Below the pieces are notes generated by a model. That model was not told the DNA's origin. It was given only the letters and a program-made list of their open reading frames with translations, and searched no databases. From the NCBI RefSeq assembly GCF_009834535.1, contig NC_045696.1, positions 94,056,001 to 94,120,000 of the forward strand: DNA of 64,000 nt, in the 5' to 3' direction. Positions 12,720 to 26,406 of the stretch are shown piece by piece (positions within the stretch are counted from its first letter, which is position 1; every line of letters begins with the position of its first letter). This DNA comes from Camelus ferus. Lineage: Eukaryota. A program made the translations under genes and the position numbers.

Positions 12720-12985
12720 TTATTTAATAAACATTTGATGGTGTTTATTATGTGCCACACAGGGTAATAAGTGCTTTTTATATATATTAAGTATGATTAC
12801 ATAATAATCCTTATAACAAACCAAGAGGTATTATTACTACCCCCAGTTTACATATGAGAAAATTGAGGCACAGAGAGGTCAAGTAATTTGCTCAAGATCT
12901 CACAGCTTGTAAATTGGAAAAAGCAGACTTCAAACTCAGGTAATTGGGCTCCAGAGTCTATGCTCTTAACCAGATCACTATGCTG
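12720..12985 (-). mobile_element. MIR SINE
   Basis: tttacatatgagaaaattgaggcacagagaggtcaagtaatttgctcaagatcacacag-like antisense core. Confidence 0.85.
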
Positions 12986-14769
12986 CAGTAAGTAAAAACA
13001 GTTTGGTATGAACACAAAAATAAACAGACAGGTGAAATAAAACTGAGTCAGAAATAGACATTTCATATATATAAATATATATATATATGAAAATTTAGTC
13101 CATAATGAAATGCACATTTTAAGCAAGGGGAAATGATAGATTATTCAATAAATTGTGTTAAGAAAATTTGGGAAGAAGTAAAGGTAGATATTTCCTAACT
13201 TTTTCCACCAAACTGCACGTGGATCAAAATTTAAATGCAAAAATAAATTGAAACCATAAATACCATAAGAAAATATATAAGAATTTGAAGAATAATCTTT
13301 AAGTGGTAAGACTTTCTAACCAATGCACAAAATTCAGAAGCCATAAGAAAAAAATCTCATAACCTCCATTGTATGAAACTGAACATTGATTTTCTATGAA
13401 CACTTCACTTATTTAGGTACTTAATCATCGTCATGTGGTACAAGCATTTTCCAAATTTGTTATCTCTCTTAATTAAAGTCAAAACAAGGTCAAAAGGGAG
13501 TTTTATTTTTTGTTTGTTGTGATATATTAAGTTATATGCCTCTAATACATATATGAACCATGCTTAATAGAGTAAATTTCTAGGATATGCTGTGTCTTAT
13601 TTTAGTGAGTTAGGAAAAACTTCTTACTTAATGATGTGGTGGATTGGAGAGAGGAAATCATAACTATTTTGTATTTGAAGTGAAACAGAGCTATGGATAA
13701 GGTATTAAATCAATGATTCCAATTAGATATAGCAATGAATATTTAAAATAGAGATCAAAAAGGGTGCAAGTATGTTTTCAAGAAAACTTTAAATTTATAC
13801 CAACCTCAGAGAAATTCTGAAAGTTAAAATATAAAATAAATGCAACTGAAATACTAAATGAATATAAAATATTTAGGAAAGGTAAAAAATAATAAAAAAA
13901 GAAAAGTTATGTAGACTCCCATCACCATAACACAACCACCACTATGATTTTGCCATATTCCTTTCAACTTTTTTTTCCTGTGTATCAGAGCTCTTATCAA
14001 ATAAACATCAGAATTTTGAATAGATTTATTGATTTAACAGCCCAAATACGTTGCTTCATTACTGTTTGGGATGACTACTATCATTGAATATATTCCCGTT
14101 CGCGTATATTTTTTTTTGAGAATTATTTATTCATGTTCTTTGTTCTTTCTATCTATTGAGAATTCATGATTTTCTCATCAGTTTTCATGGGCTCACTTAA
14201 AAAGGAAGATGTTAGTTTTTTCATATTTTAGGCATGTATTTTGGATATTTTTAACCTCTAGGACTTTAAAGAATGTATGTAATCAAAATTAGAAAATGTC
14301 TTTTTAACTTCTGTTCATTTTGCATTTTAAACTTTTTAAATTGTGAACTATAGTATGGATAAGCACACAAAGCTAAGTTTATAGCCATTTAGACTTGAAA
14401 TCTAGAGAGTTCAACATGCATCCTTGATTTATCAGTCATTTATTTTTACCCACTTATTTATCTTCTGGTCTTCATTCCTTCTTGCAGCTTCCAGTTTTTA
14501 TCTGTGATCATTTGTTTTCTGACCATCATTTTTAGAATTTCCTTTAATGTAGGTCTCCTGGTAACCAATTTTTGTTTTTATGTGTCTGGAAATAATCTTT
14601 CTTTCAAATTCATTCTTGAAAGATATTTTTGCTGAGTATAGAGTTCTAGTTTTGCAGTTACTTTCTTTTTGCACATTTATTGTCTTCTGGTGTCCATCAT
14701 TTCTCATAAAATGGCTGTCAAATCTATTGCTCCTTTGAAGACAATCTTTTTCTTTTTTGGGGTGCTATA

Positions 14770-15221
14770 CAGGCATAACTTATTTTATTGCACTTTGCAG
14801 ATACTATGTTTTTTACAAAATGAAAGTTTGTGGCAACCCTGCATCAAGTCATTTTTCCAAAAGCCTTTGCTCCCTTATTGTCCTGTGTCGCATTTTGGTA
14901 ATTCTTGCAATGTTTTAAACTTTCTTATTAGAGTTATATGTTTTATGGTGGTCTGTGATCAGTGAGCAATCTTTGATGTTACTACTATGATTTGCTAAAG
15001 TCTCAGATGATGGTTAGCATTTTTTAGCAATAAAATATTTTTAAATTAAAGTATGTACATTTTTAAGACATGATGCTATTGAACACTTAATAGACTGCAG
15101 TGTAGTGTAAACATAACTTTCATATGTACTGGGAAACCAAAAATTTGTGACTCACTTTATTGTAATATTTACTTTATTGCAGTGGTCTGGAACTGAACCC
15201 GCAATATCCCAAAATATGCTG
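14770..15221 (+). mobile_element. Internally deleted Tigger1 (TcMar-Tigger) DNA transposon
   Basis: Starts caggcataac, ends tatgctg, TA on both sides; gtttgtggcaaccctgc and gtggtctggaactgaacccgcaatat match Tigger1 termini. Confidence 0.88.
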
Positions 15222-15801
15222 TATTAGTTGCAATTGCTGTGTAACAAATTACCACTAACTTATTACCTTAAAAGAAGACACATTTATTCTCTCACAATTC
15301 TTGTGGGTCAGGATTAAGCAATGTTTAGCTGGGTCTTCTGATCAGGGTCTCACAAGGCTGTAATCAAAGGGGTAGCTGGGGCTGCAGTCTCATCTTGTCT
15401 TAGATCCTCTTCCAACATCATTCAGGTTGTTGACAGAATTCAATTCCTTACAGTTGTAGGACTGAGGTCCCTGTTTTCCTGCTGGCTATTGGTTGGGACT
15501 GCTCTCAGTTGTTAAGAGGCCAACAGGTCCTAGTCCTGTGGTCATCTCACATCATGGCAGTAGCTTACTTATTCAAGTCCAGTAGAAGAATCACTCTCCA
15601 CAGTCTGCAACTAGTGAGTCACATAATTTAACATAATCACAGGCGTGACTATCCCACCACCATTGACTTGTAATGTAACCTAATCAAGGGAGGACTTTTC
15701 CATCATATTCACAGGTTTCATTCAATGGGAGGGGATTATACAGAGTATGTACACCAGCGGGTAGGAATCTTGGGAGTCATCTCAGAATTCTGCCTACCAC
15801 A
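15222..15801 (-). mobile_element. MLT1E-like MaLR LTR
   Basis: tattagttgcaattgctgtgtaacaaattacc...gaatcttgggagtcatctcagaattctgcctaccaca. Confidence 0.82.
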
Positions 15802-18119
15802 GTGACTTTTAAGATTTCTTATCCTTTATTTTCATTGGTCTCATTAGGATGTATCTAGATGTAAATTTTTTAAATTTATCCAACTTGGAGTTAATCAGTT
15901 TTTAATCTGTGAATTATACAGTTTCATTGGTTTTGAAAAATTCTTAGGCATTATCTTCAAATGTAGTTCCTGATCCATTCATTTTTTTACTCTCCTTCTG
16001 AAACTCCAATTACTGTATGAACCATGTTTTCACTATAGCCCTTTTATCTCAAACACTTTTCAGTGAGTTCCAATCTCAATCTTCATTCTAGGTATTTTTT
16101 TCTGTGCTATCTTCCAGATCATGAATTCTTTCTTCAGCCAAGTTTGTTGAACCTGAACATTGAGTTCTTAATTTCTGTTATGATAGTTTTTGGTTATGGA
16201 GCTCCCATTTGGTTCTTTTTCACATTGGCTATGTGATTTTTTACAGTTTTATATTCTTGCCACAATTTTTCTTATGTTCTTGAATACAGTTATTTTGAAG
16301 TCTGTGCCTGATAATTCTAACTTATGGAGCCCCTGCAGATCTATTTCTACTATCTGCTGTTTTCAGTTTGTCATTCATGACATTTCTCTCCTCATGAATC
16401 TCCTCATTCGTGGTGAGTCTTCATTGATGGTACACTTTATATGGTATTTGAAAACTTGTTCATAGAAATAATTTGAATCCTAGGGCAATGTTTTCTTCCT
16501 ACAGAGGGATATGTTTCATCTGATTCTTGTAGCTTCAGTTTAACAACAATCTCAGATATTTTTCAATTCACCTTCAAGGAATAAGCCTTTCTCTGAGTTA
16601 TCCGAATGATGCAAAACTAGTCTATATTCTCTGCCAACTGCTATTTACCCCTGGGTCTTCCTGATTATTCGGGCACAGCCCTTCAGGGTTCCTCCCAAAG
16701 GGAAGTGTTTTATCAGGACCTTTGCCCTCAGCTATTGTTCTTCAAATTTGCTCCCTAACCTTATGAAGCTTTCAAATATGCTACTCAGCATTTCAGCTGC
16801 ATCAGCTCACACCTCTCAATTTTACTCTTTCCCAAGATGTTGGGCAGCCACTTCTTTTATTATTTTTTAGCTTTTCCATGCTTTTAAGTATATACCCTGT
16901 ATTTTATTCAGCTTTTCTAGTTGTTCTCAGTAGAAGCCTGGTCCAGATTACCCAGCACACTGTTTTTGAAAGTGGAATCCCCCAACTTTTATTTTATGAT
17001 ACTTTTGCATTTTAATTTATTTTACGAGACTTTAAACTTAGGAAGTATTTTTCTCTAGAGATTTGACAAATATTCAGTTTTTTAAAAAACAGTTTTTATA
17101 TGCTTAACTTATATATCTATTTATATACGTGTGTATTATTTCTTCAATCCATTTCCAATAAATATTTGGGTATGTAATTCTCTGTTAATTACTAAAGTAT
17201 TTGCCCAAGGGACAACTAAATTTATCTTTCTATTTAAATCCCAAATAGTATTTATTTTTCTTTAATTAAATCTGAAATTATTTAAATAAAATTAGAATAT
17301 GTTAGGTTGGAGAAATTACTACCAGAATATAAGGAAAATATGCTGTCTAATAGCTAAGTTAGTTGCTTAAGCTAGTCACTTGAAATTTATATGCATTCTT
17401 TTGGCCCTCATTTTTTCAGTTTTATATTAGAATGCATTATATTCACCACTTCTATAGAACTTGGAGACTGCTTTCAAAATTGATGAACCACGAATATAAA
17501 TAAGGTTCACCCAGTTTTTAGCTCAGTATCCTGTTTAACTGATTTTTATCAAATTGAATATATGTTTTAATCTTATTCTGTTGCTGCCTTAAGCAAAAAT
17601 AATTTGAAAAGAAAAAAAATTTTTTTGAAATACGAAAGTGGGTCACATAGTTTTAGGCTATAACTTTGTGTGTGGCTGTCTCTGTAGGTATTTCTGTGGA
17701 AATACAAAGTACCATTATCTTGATAAAAATCCAATTTCATACACATTAATCTTATTATATAAGGGTCAATTTACAAAAAATCATTACAAGGTTTAAGATA
17801 GATGCATAGTAGGTATATATCCTTCATTTAGAACTGTGTGTGTCCATGTTCATATATTTATGTGCATACATGAGCCTGTATATTTATGTCACAGTGTGCA
17901 ATGAGGGGACACTCTGGGGAGATGTATGGATAGAGGTAGCTTAGGGGCCATACAGAGATGGAGACATAAAATATTCTTACTTGTTTCTGTGTGACTGAAT
18001 AATTCATTTTAATCCATAATAATTCATAACCAGAGATACCACTGACATTTTCTCAAGTGACTGAACTTAGCATTTAGGTAAATTTATCTCCACTCTCCTG
18101 ACCTCTGATTTAGATATTG

Positions 18120-18340
18120 TGCAGAAGAGTTTATAAGTCAAATCTGGATTTCCATCTCAGCTCCACTGCTTCCTGTTGAGTGATCTTAGGAAAGTTTATA
18201 ACCTCTTTTGTGCCTCCTTTTCGCATTTGTAAAATGTCAATAATAATAGCACCTACCTCACAGAACTGTTGGGAAGATTGAAATAAAATACATTAGATGC
18301 TAAGCAGAATGCCTGGCACTCATCAGTGTAAACAATTATT
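18120..18340 (+). mobile_element. MIR SINE
   Basis: gtgatcttaggaaagtttataacctcttttgtgcctcc...tgtaaaatg...aataatagcacctacctcacag...gcctggcac. Confidence 0.8.
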
Positions 18341-19869
18341 GTAATTTAATCTTAAATATCAAAATTGGAAGTGACCTTTACAATGCATTGGTCTAGTCCC
18401 TTAGTTCTAAAGGATATAAATCCTAGTTTATACTCTTAGTTAGAACTGAGATACTAGATTCTATTTCAAAGGTCTTACACTGTCCAAAGTAGAACTCAAA
18501 CTTGGGGCTACTGACTCCTAGAGGTGAATATATTTTCCAAGGCAAAAATTACTAGATAAATGAATAAATGAGCAAGTATTTAAAATAAATTTTACAGATA
18601 ATATTCAAGATAATTCTAGATCTAACGGTAATTCTAGAACATAGGGAATTAATGAAGTTTTCCTGAATGGGTGAGTTTCTAAAATTATTTTAGATTGTCA
18701 TAACTGAACAGTTTAGACAGGGCTTTGGAACACATATGACAGATACAGTGTCTGTAGGAAAAAAAGGAGCAGAAGGGAAGCTAGCATGTAATAATTTAAA
18801 TGAAGGACTACAAATTGTATGATCATTCATAAAACATGGCTGCATGTATCTGAAAAAGTTGAAAATTATAATAATATGCTCTGTATTTTACCAAAAAATT
18901 TTGAAAAGAGACCCAAAAGAAGGAAGAACTGGGTGGTTCACTTAAATGAGCATTGAATCAGACCTCCATTACAAGTGATATGCCAGTATTTGCTATTTCA
19001 AGAGCTTGGTCATTATGTAGACTTATCACTGCTGACTTACTGCTTCAGCCATGTTTGTTTTCACTAATATCACTGGGACTCCATGACATTAGACTTCTTT
19101 CCATGACTGTCACTGAAGTTGCCTCTAGATTGAGCCTCTTCTAGGCAGCTATGCAGTTGATAGAAAGCCCTATGCTTCTGGGGAAAGGGGGAAAGTAAGG
19201 ATAGAAAGAACTAAGTTTTACAGTCTGCTTTTTGCATCTAACTTTAAATCCTTGGATATGATTAGCTTTTGCTTTAATTTATTACCACAGAGATACAGAC
19301 ATTATTTTTCCATAGTCAGGTCATTTTAAAAATGCACAGTAAAAAACTAGGTTAATGCAGGCTCAGGAAGAGGGCCTGTGCAGTGTCACCAGGGCGTTCA
19401 GTGTACGGGGAGCTGTGTGATTACTGTTCATGGTGGAGACATCACAGGAGAGAATGTAGAAGCCCTCTGTCTGCCTTAGCAGTCTCCTTTCTCTGAAGTC
19501 CCCCTCTCAGGAATCCACCAATCCCAGGTACAGAATAATTATTCCACATTTATTCCACTGTATAATATGGCTCAAAGTTCTCAATATAACACAAGTGTTT
19601 TAATGGTGGGCACTGTGCTAAATGTTAAGATGGGCAGCAAAGTGGTAACATGCCTCAGAGGCTCTATAAAGAGTGGGAAGAGGACATAATTTTACAGGAT
19701 TTTATACATAAATTGTGAAAGTTAAGATAGGGTGCTCTGTTTTGTGTCTAAAAACATAGTCAAGACTGTTAACTACTTTTCCCTGCCAGTAGGAGATACA
19801 TTCAGTATCTGAATTCGGTATCAGTCCCTCTGTTCTAAGCCTTCCTTCAATTTGCTTGTTTTTTCATTT

Positions 19870-20170
19870 CTACACTCATTCCTTCATTAATCAAGATCTG
19901 TCGAAGCCTTGCTACCAAGCTGGGTCCTGGGCTGAGCTCTAAGGAGACAATGGGAGACAGCCATTGATCCTATACTCATGCAAATACAAAATCAACTATG
20001 GTACACACTATATGGGACTAGAAAGAGAGGACACTCAACTCCATGGAGACCAAATCAGGGAAGGCTTCTCTGAGGAAGTGATGTTTGAGTGAGATCTGAG
20101 AGGTGATTAGAAAGTAATCAAAGTTGAGTGATCAGAGGGTAGGGAAGAGATGCAGAGTGACAGGAATGCT
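19870..20170 (-). mobile_element. L2 3' fragment
   Basis: cattccttcatt terminus and tcagggaaggcttctctgaggaagtgatgtttgag. Confidence 0.65.
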
Positions 20171-22284
20171 TCATTTTAGGAAACCTTAGGCTCTGCATTG
20201 CTTAATGGGAAAACCACGGTGCGTCCTATGCAATGCAGATGATGACTCCATGTCCCGGCACAGCAAAATATCCTGACCCGGCACTATCAGCTCACTCATA
20301 CATATCATTCCATTTTGGGCACTGTAGTCTTTTTCTTCAGGTTTCTTTCAGAAATTTTAGGACTGTCTTGAAAATATAATATAATCTTGCTGTGCCACCA
20401 CTTTGTCTCCTGTCTCTTACCTCAACTTAAAATTCTTTTTTCTAACCACAGGTATGAGAGAGTGCAAAGGAGGTTTAACTAAGCTACACAATCTAAGACT
20501 ACAAGTATTTGGCAGGATTCCATACCATTCAATGTATCTGCATTTCATAGGACCTAGAATTAAACCCTCTTTAATCACTGAGTCATTTGCACAGAGATGC
20601 ACAAATTGTGCCCAACAAAACCAATGGTATAGAAAACTGAACAGTGAAATTGTTCCCATTCTCTGAAAGAAACTTCTTTTTTGGCCAAGCAGCTCTTAAA
20701 AGCATGACCCAGAATTTCTTTCCCTGCTGGGTTTTTTTTTTTTTTTTCTTCTCATTTTTAAAATACATTTCAATAGTTTCTAAGCTGACTATAGACCTTG
20801 AACTAACAATTGGGAACACTTTTATAAGTCTCAGTTAAGAGCTTATGAACCATTATGTAGCTCAGCAAGAAAGTGCGTGACAGAGATGTACAATTACTTT
20901 TCCACTGGAATTCCATTTCTCTCCTCCTCCCATCCAGCTGAAGGTAAAAAAAGAGGCTCTTGAGGTCATCAAATAAAAGAGTGTTCTTTCCCACAAAAGA
21001 AGAGGTACATATGTTCTCTGTAAACCAAAATGTTCCTGGTATAAATGGCATGAAATTGTTGAAACCCATGTTTCATATTTGGTTCTGGTTCTGCCCAGAT
21101 AGAATTCTTTTCTCATAAAGCTGAGGAGGCAAGCATGTTAAAGCTAGAAAAGCGAGACTCCCTGCTGGAACCGTCCTGAAAAACCTGCCAGGTAATGATG
21201 CTGTTTCCCTTTTATTTCTGTTTGAGCTGCAATAAAGCTGGCACTTTCAAAACACAAAAGCCAAATTCCTGCTGTGACTTCCCAAAGTGCTTCTCAAAAT
21301 ACCCATGCAGCAGCTGACACGTTAAAAAAAATGTACATGAATGTCTGGCCGGCTTCCCAGAACCCTTCTGAAAGCACACAGCCTTGTTTTCAGGTAGGTT
21401 TAGTTTATGCTGCTCTGTGGTCTGTTCCACAAGAATCATGATACTCCCATGTAGCTTGAAACTGTGTTCTAGCCTGGCCAAGGGTCCTAGAGTCACACAT
21501 GTCCAAAGGAAAATCCATCGCTGATGTCGTCAGAATTGCTTCCCTATCCTAGAGTTAATCAGGAAAGGCAGGTTAAGTTCTCAGAAGCCATCGAGAGTCC
21601 AGGGTTCTATCATGGCTTGGCTACTAGGTTGATGTTTAATGATGGTCTTTTACCAAATGTCAGTTTCCTCAACATAAAATAAACAGACAGACAAACATGA
21701 CAGATGTAGAAGTATAACATGATTGCTGTATGGTCAGCTAGAAGCCTGACTGGTTGACGCCACAATCATCTGAGCACCAGGATGATTTTATTCAGGCCAA
21801 GTTTCTATCAAGTCCGATAACTTGAAGGAATCTTTCGATCAAAACTTTAAGAATACATCATAAAGATTAGTTGAGAATGAATGAGAACTTATGAACACGT
21901 TACAGTTCTATTAATTAACATAAATACAAGGGGTTTCTGACACCCTGATGGTTGGATTTCAGTTTCTCCTCTATAAAGAACTGATGAAAAATTCTACTTT
22001 TTCCTGTTTTCCTCAAACTTAGGCCACTTCTGAGTTTCAAACATAAGTATTATCCAAAGCTATTCTGAAATGAGGTAGCACATTTGTAAGTTCACTTTCT
22101 CTTTTTACAGATCTAAGTATTAAAAATGAAAAAATTATCAGGCCTGATAGTATTAGTCAAAATTTTCCCTAACCAAATTTTGATATGGGAATTTCTAAAT
22201 AATAAACTGCAAAATACCAGCTCCCTACTTTGCTCTTTAGTCCTCCAAAGACTTCATTTTCTTCAGTGCTGCCACTCTCTCCAC

Positions 22285-22468
22285 TAACAGCTAACATTTA
22301 CTGAGCTACTGGTGCAAACCTGGGTCACTTCACTTGATGATTGCAACTCCATGAAGCATGGATGATAATTATTCCATTTTACAGATATGCAAACTGAGGC
22401 TCAGAGATGTGACTAACTTGTCCAGGGTCTCACAGCTAGGATATGACTCACAAGTCTGATTCTAGAAT
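22285..22468 (-). mobile_element. MIR SINE
   Basis: ccattttacagatatgcaaactgaggctcagagatgtgactaacttgtccagggtctcacagctag. Confidence 0.82.
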
Positions 22469-23484
22469 CAAAAAGCGGAACTGTCTTCCTGACTAAAGTC
22501 TGTGTTTCTTCCTGGGATCTGCCCTCTTTGCTTTCTGAGGGCTGTTTTGATAAGCAATGAATTAAAACTACATTTTTTAAATGAGAAGTATAACTTCCTG
22601 ATTAGGGGGACAACTGAAAATAAATTCCCCCATTGGTAATCCCATGACAGCCATGATGTTTCCAGCGCAACATCATTAATTGTCCTCCCTTCCTGAAGCA
22701 ATAGCTCAGGCTGCTACTATTTAACCTTTCAACACCAATTAACATGCAAGCAAAAAAGTACTTTAACAACAGTTACTGTAGATGTACACTGCAGTAATTT
22801 TCAAAGTGGGACTACATCTCATTAGTGGCTTTCCATATGTATGCTTCTCTTTGACTTACTAATCTCCAAACATCCTGAAGTTTCTGATAAGCCCCTGAGT
22901 TAGAAATACCCTCCGAGCTGAGCCCTGTACCTGATGGGAGTGTGCATCCTTGTATGTTGGGGCAGAAGAAGGTTGGGCTCCCCTGGTTTGTAGTAAATCT
23001 TACCATCACCCTCAGCATGTAATATAGACCTTTATATAGTCTATAAGGAGAGTCTGCTTACTCAGCAGAGTGTATGGACACAGTGCCAAGGCTCTAAGCC
23101 CTTTTCAAGAGCCTATGAAAATGTCTGTGACAAGAAAAAGCAACTAATGGCCCCAAAACATGAAAAGGAAATTGCAAAATGGAAAGCATAAATTTACTTG
23201 AGTGTCTACACACTGTAACAGGTCAGCCTTTGTATTTCATATTTTCATTACATATGAAAACAATTTATGGGTTAATTTTTTTTCTTAATATGCAAAATGA
23301 TTGCTTAGACATCATAGCTCATTGTAAATTAAATGACTTAATTACTGACTCTGAAACTACCTTGCTTATCTTTTCCCTTACAACCTGTCTTCTTCTACTA
23401 GAATATAAGCTCTATGGAAGCAGGGACCTTGCCTTCCCTTTTTATTTTTGTTTCTTTTTGTTTTTGTTTTTGTTTTTTCCATTT

Positions 23485-24570
23485 GTTTAGGTCATCTATA
23501 ATTTCTCTCAGCAGAAGTGTTTTGTAGATTCAACTAAACTTTGAAATTTTCTGTAATACTGAAAAAAAAACTGTTTTCCAAAAAATACTTAGGAATGAAT
23601 ATAATAAAAGAACCTGCATGTATTTCATTACATTCATTCCTACATATTTTATTTTTTGATGCTATAGATTTGTAAAATTTCATCAATTTTTGTTTTCTAT
23701 GTATTAACACATTTAGAGTTAACACAGAATAGAGTTCATTTACATCTATATCTGTCTGTCTACCACACACCTGTGCGTATTTATACATACATGTAAAGAG
23801 AGAACTTGTACACAGTAGTTTGCTACATCCTACTCATCAAGTTTCCACATAATATATTCTGATTGTTACTGATACATTTAAATTACTGTCGCCTGTTTCA
23901 CAAATTTATCCTAATTTAATCTTCTACTAATTTATCTTCTACTGGTTTATTTCTTTTACTCTTTGATACTTAAGAGTTCTATAATATTTAAACGTCTGGA
24001 TTTTCTAGGATATTTAAAAATTTCTAATTTAGTTTTGTTTTATTTAGAGAATATATTCTACAGTGCTTCAATTTTAAAACTTACTGAAATTTATTTTATG
24101 CCCCTAGCATTTGGTTTATTTTGGGGAATATACCACACATACCTGAAAAGAACGTGTATTCTGCAGCAGTCTGGAGTAATGTTCTATGTATACCTATTGA
24201 ATCAAGTTAGCTGATATTGTTTGTCACGTCTTCTACATCCTTTCTGTTTTTCTGCCTATTCTATTATTGAGAGGAAAAAATTCTGAAGGCCTCTCCTTAG
24301 GTACAAATACATTTAGCATTTTTATATCTTCTTGATTAAATTGCTTGTTTATTATTATAAAATGTCCCTATGTTATTTTTGGTAATATTATTTTTCCTGA
24401 TGTTGACTTTTTCTTACATTAATATAACCACTCCAACCCTCTTATAGTTAGTATTCATGTCTTATTTCATTCCATTCCTTTAGCTTACACCTATTTTTGT
24501 AATTAAGGATCATTTATTATAGACTGCATAGAGTTTGCCCATACATGTCTGACAATCTCTCCCTATAATT
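23485..24570 (-). mobile_element. Old L1M ORF2 fragments
   Basis: T-rich antisense L1 motifs (ctgaaaagaacgtgtattctgcag, taatataaccactccaaccctcttat). Confidence 0.65.
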
Positions 24571-24844
24571 TAAATATAAAAAATATTTAAAGCAAAAAAC
24601 TGAAAAACTGCGGGTACAAATGTGTAATTTACTCACTCCTGTCTATTTTCTTAGAGAGGGAAAATCAAAGAACAAGCATATAGATGATATTAATAATATA
24701 ATATTCAGAAGATACATTCATCTTGATTTTACACTGCTGAACATTTGAAAAACTGCATTCACTAAGGTGAAAATGCAGCCACAATATAGATCATAATTTT
24801 TCTGAATTCTCTATAAACACATGTATATTTGTTTATTAGAGCAG

Positions 24845-25629
24845 TGTGATATGATTTCTAACAAGAAATACATATTTGGTTGTTGTTGAAGTTTCTAGCA
24901 CAGATCTCCTAAAACCTTAGGTATTTCTTAAGTGATGAGAGCAATAAAGATGCCTTTTGTTATGTTAATGAGGTGACTGTGAAAGCACAGAAGGGAGGGG
25001 CTGGTTACCAGGAGAACCAACCATGTGATTAGGGGATTGGAACTTTCAGTCCCACCCCTTGACTTCTGAGTGGGTAGAAGGGCTGGAGATTGAGTTCAAC
25101 CACCACTGGTCAAGGATTAATTAATCATACCTATGAAATGAAGCCCCCATAAAAACCCAAAAGAATGGAGTTCAGAGAGTTTCCATGTTGATGAACATGT
25201 GAAGATGTGGGGAGGGCAGTGTGCATGGAAACTCTGCACCCTTTCCCCATATCTTGCCCCATATGCATCTCTTCCATATGGTTGTTCCTGTGTTGTATTC
25301 TTTTATAATAAGCTGGTAATTTAGTAACTAAAATGTTTCTGAGTTCCATGAGCCACTCTAAGCAAACTGATTGAACCCAAGGAGGAGGCTGTTGGGTCTC
25401 CAACCAGTAACCAGTTAGTCAGAAGCCCAGGTGACAACACAGGCTTAAAACTGGCATCTGAAAGGGTGAGGGAGGGAAAGACTTTTGGAACTAAGGCCTT
25501 AACCTGTGGGATCTGATGGTAACTCTTGAGTAAATAGTGTCAGAATTGAATTGAATTGAATTGAAGGACACCCAGCTGGTGTGGGAAAGCCCACTCCTAC
25601 AGATGGGAATTGGTGAGACCATAATCATT
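24845..25629 (+). mobile_element. MER21-family ERVL LTR
   Basis: tgtgatatg...ctcctaaaaccttagg...ggattggaactttcagtccc...gtgtcagaattgaattgaattg...cacccagctggtgt; 5-bp TSD agcag at 24840-24844 and 25630-25634. Confidence 0.82.
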
Positions 25630-25895
25630 AGCAGTATTTCTCAAATGGGGTTCCATGAGAGGACTGGTTCCTATAGAAAATGATTCCAGTTGATACTGTC
25701 TTAAACACCCCAAGGAACGTAATTGCCTAGGACCAGTCAAAAGGCATAGAAGAAAACTCAATTCATTACCTACAATGGATTCCTTGAGAAATTAATGCTT
25801 AATTCTCTTATGTAATCAATTTGATAGAGGATACAAAGTGAGAATAATTTAGGGATTTAAATAACACAGACTTTCTTTTCTGGCTGTTTTGTACT

Positions 25896-26406
25896 CAGGA
25901 AAAAAATCAGAGTATATCACCCCCAAAATATGCCTCTTTGACATAAAAATTATCTTGAGCTGAAGGCAGTGAAGAAACAGCAAACAGAAAAAACTCCCCC
26001 TTTTCTGCCTAGAGGCAAGATATAAATTCTCCTTTTATAGGAGATAGATTATCAGCCCAGAGACGCACCAAAGGAATCTGCAATCAAATTTTACTGTATT
26101 AGTTCCTCCTATGTATTTACCTCCCTACAGTTTGCTGCCCTTGGACGCCTAACTGCTTTTCATTGTCTTGTCATTTTGCTACAAATTTAAATTGTTCTTT
26201 GTTGAAGATGCTATATAAACTCGAATTCTAAGCCATGATTTCGAGTTACTTTTGATTTAGGTTTCTCCCATGTGTTGTGTGCTACACATATTAATCAACT
26301 GCTTGTTTTTCTCATTAGTCTGTTTTTCCTTAAAGAAACCCAGCTGAAAACCTGAGATAAGTAGAGGTAGGAAACCTGAGGTAGGTAGAGTTTTGCCTCC
26401 TCTACA
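25896..26406 (+). mobile_element. MER34-family ERV1 solo LTR
   Basis: cacccccaaaatatgcctctttgacataaaaattatcttgagctgaaggca near the start, TATA (gctatataaac), ends ctctaca. Confidence 0.72.

Larger units (their letters stand above)
11700..13375 (+). mobile_element. Ancient L1ME-like ORF2 remnant, interrupted by MLT1A and MIR
   Basis: A-rich degenerate ORF2 motifs (ctaatgcaattaaatgaaaaca, gaagaatagccagg, gattattcaataaattgtgtt) resume on both sides of the insertions. Confidence 0.65.
14420..16980 (-). mobile_element. Old L1M/HAL1-like 5' region with ORF1 remnant, interrupted by MLT1E and Tigger1
   Basis: ORF 14498-14707 (KESNCKTRTLYSAKISFKNE) resembles the L1 ORF1p C-terminus (KEKNCQPRILYPAKLSFKNE); similar sequence resumes after 15801. 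Confidence 0.7.

Noticed and set aside
20237..20277. C/D-box-like motifs (gatgatga...ctga)
   Set aside because: Only ~40 nt span with no terminal stem; too short for a snoRNA.
23060..23340. Possible hAT-Tip100-like DNA transposon remnant
   Set aside because: Resemblance too vague to assign termini or family.
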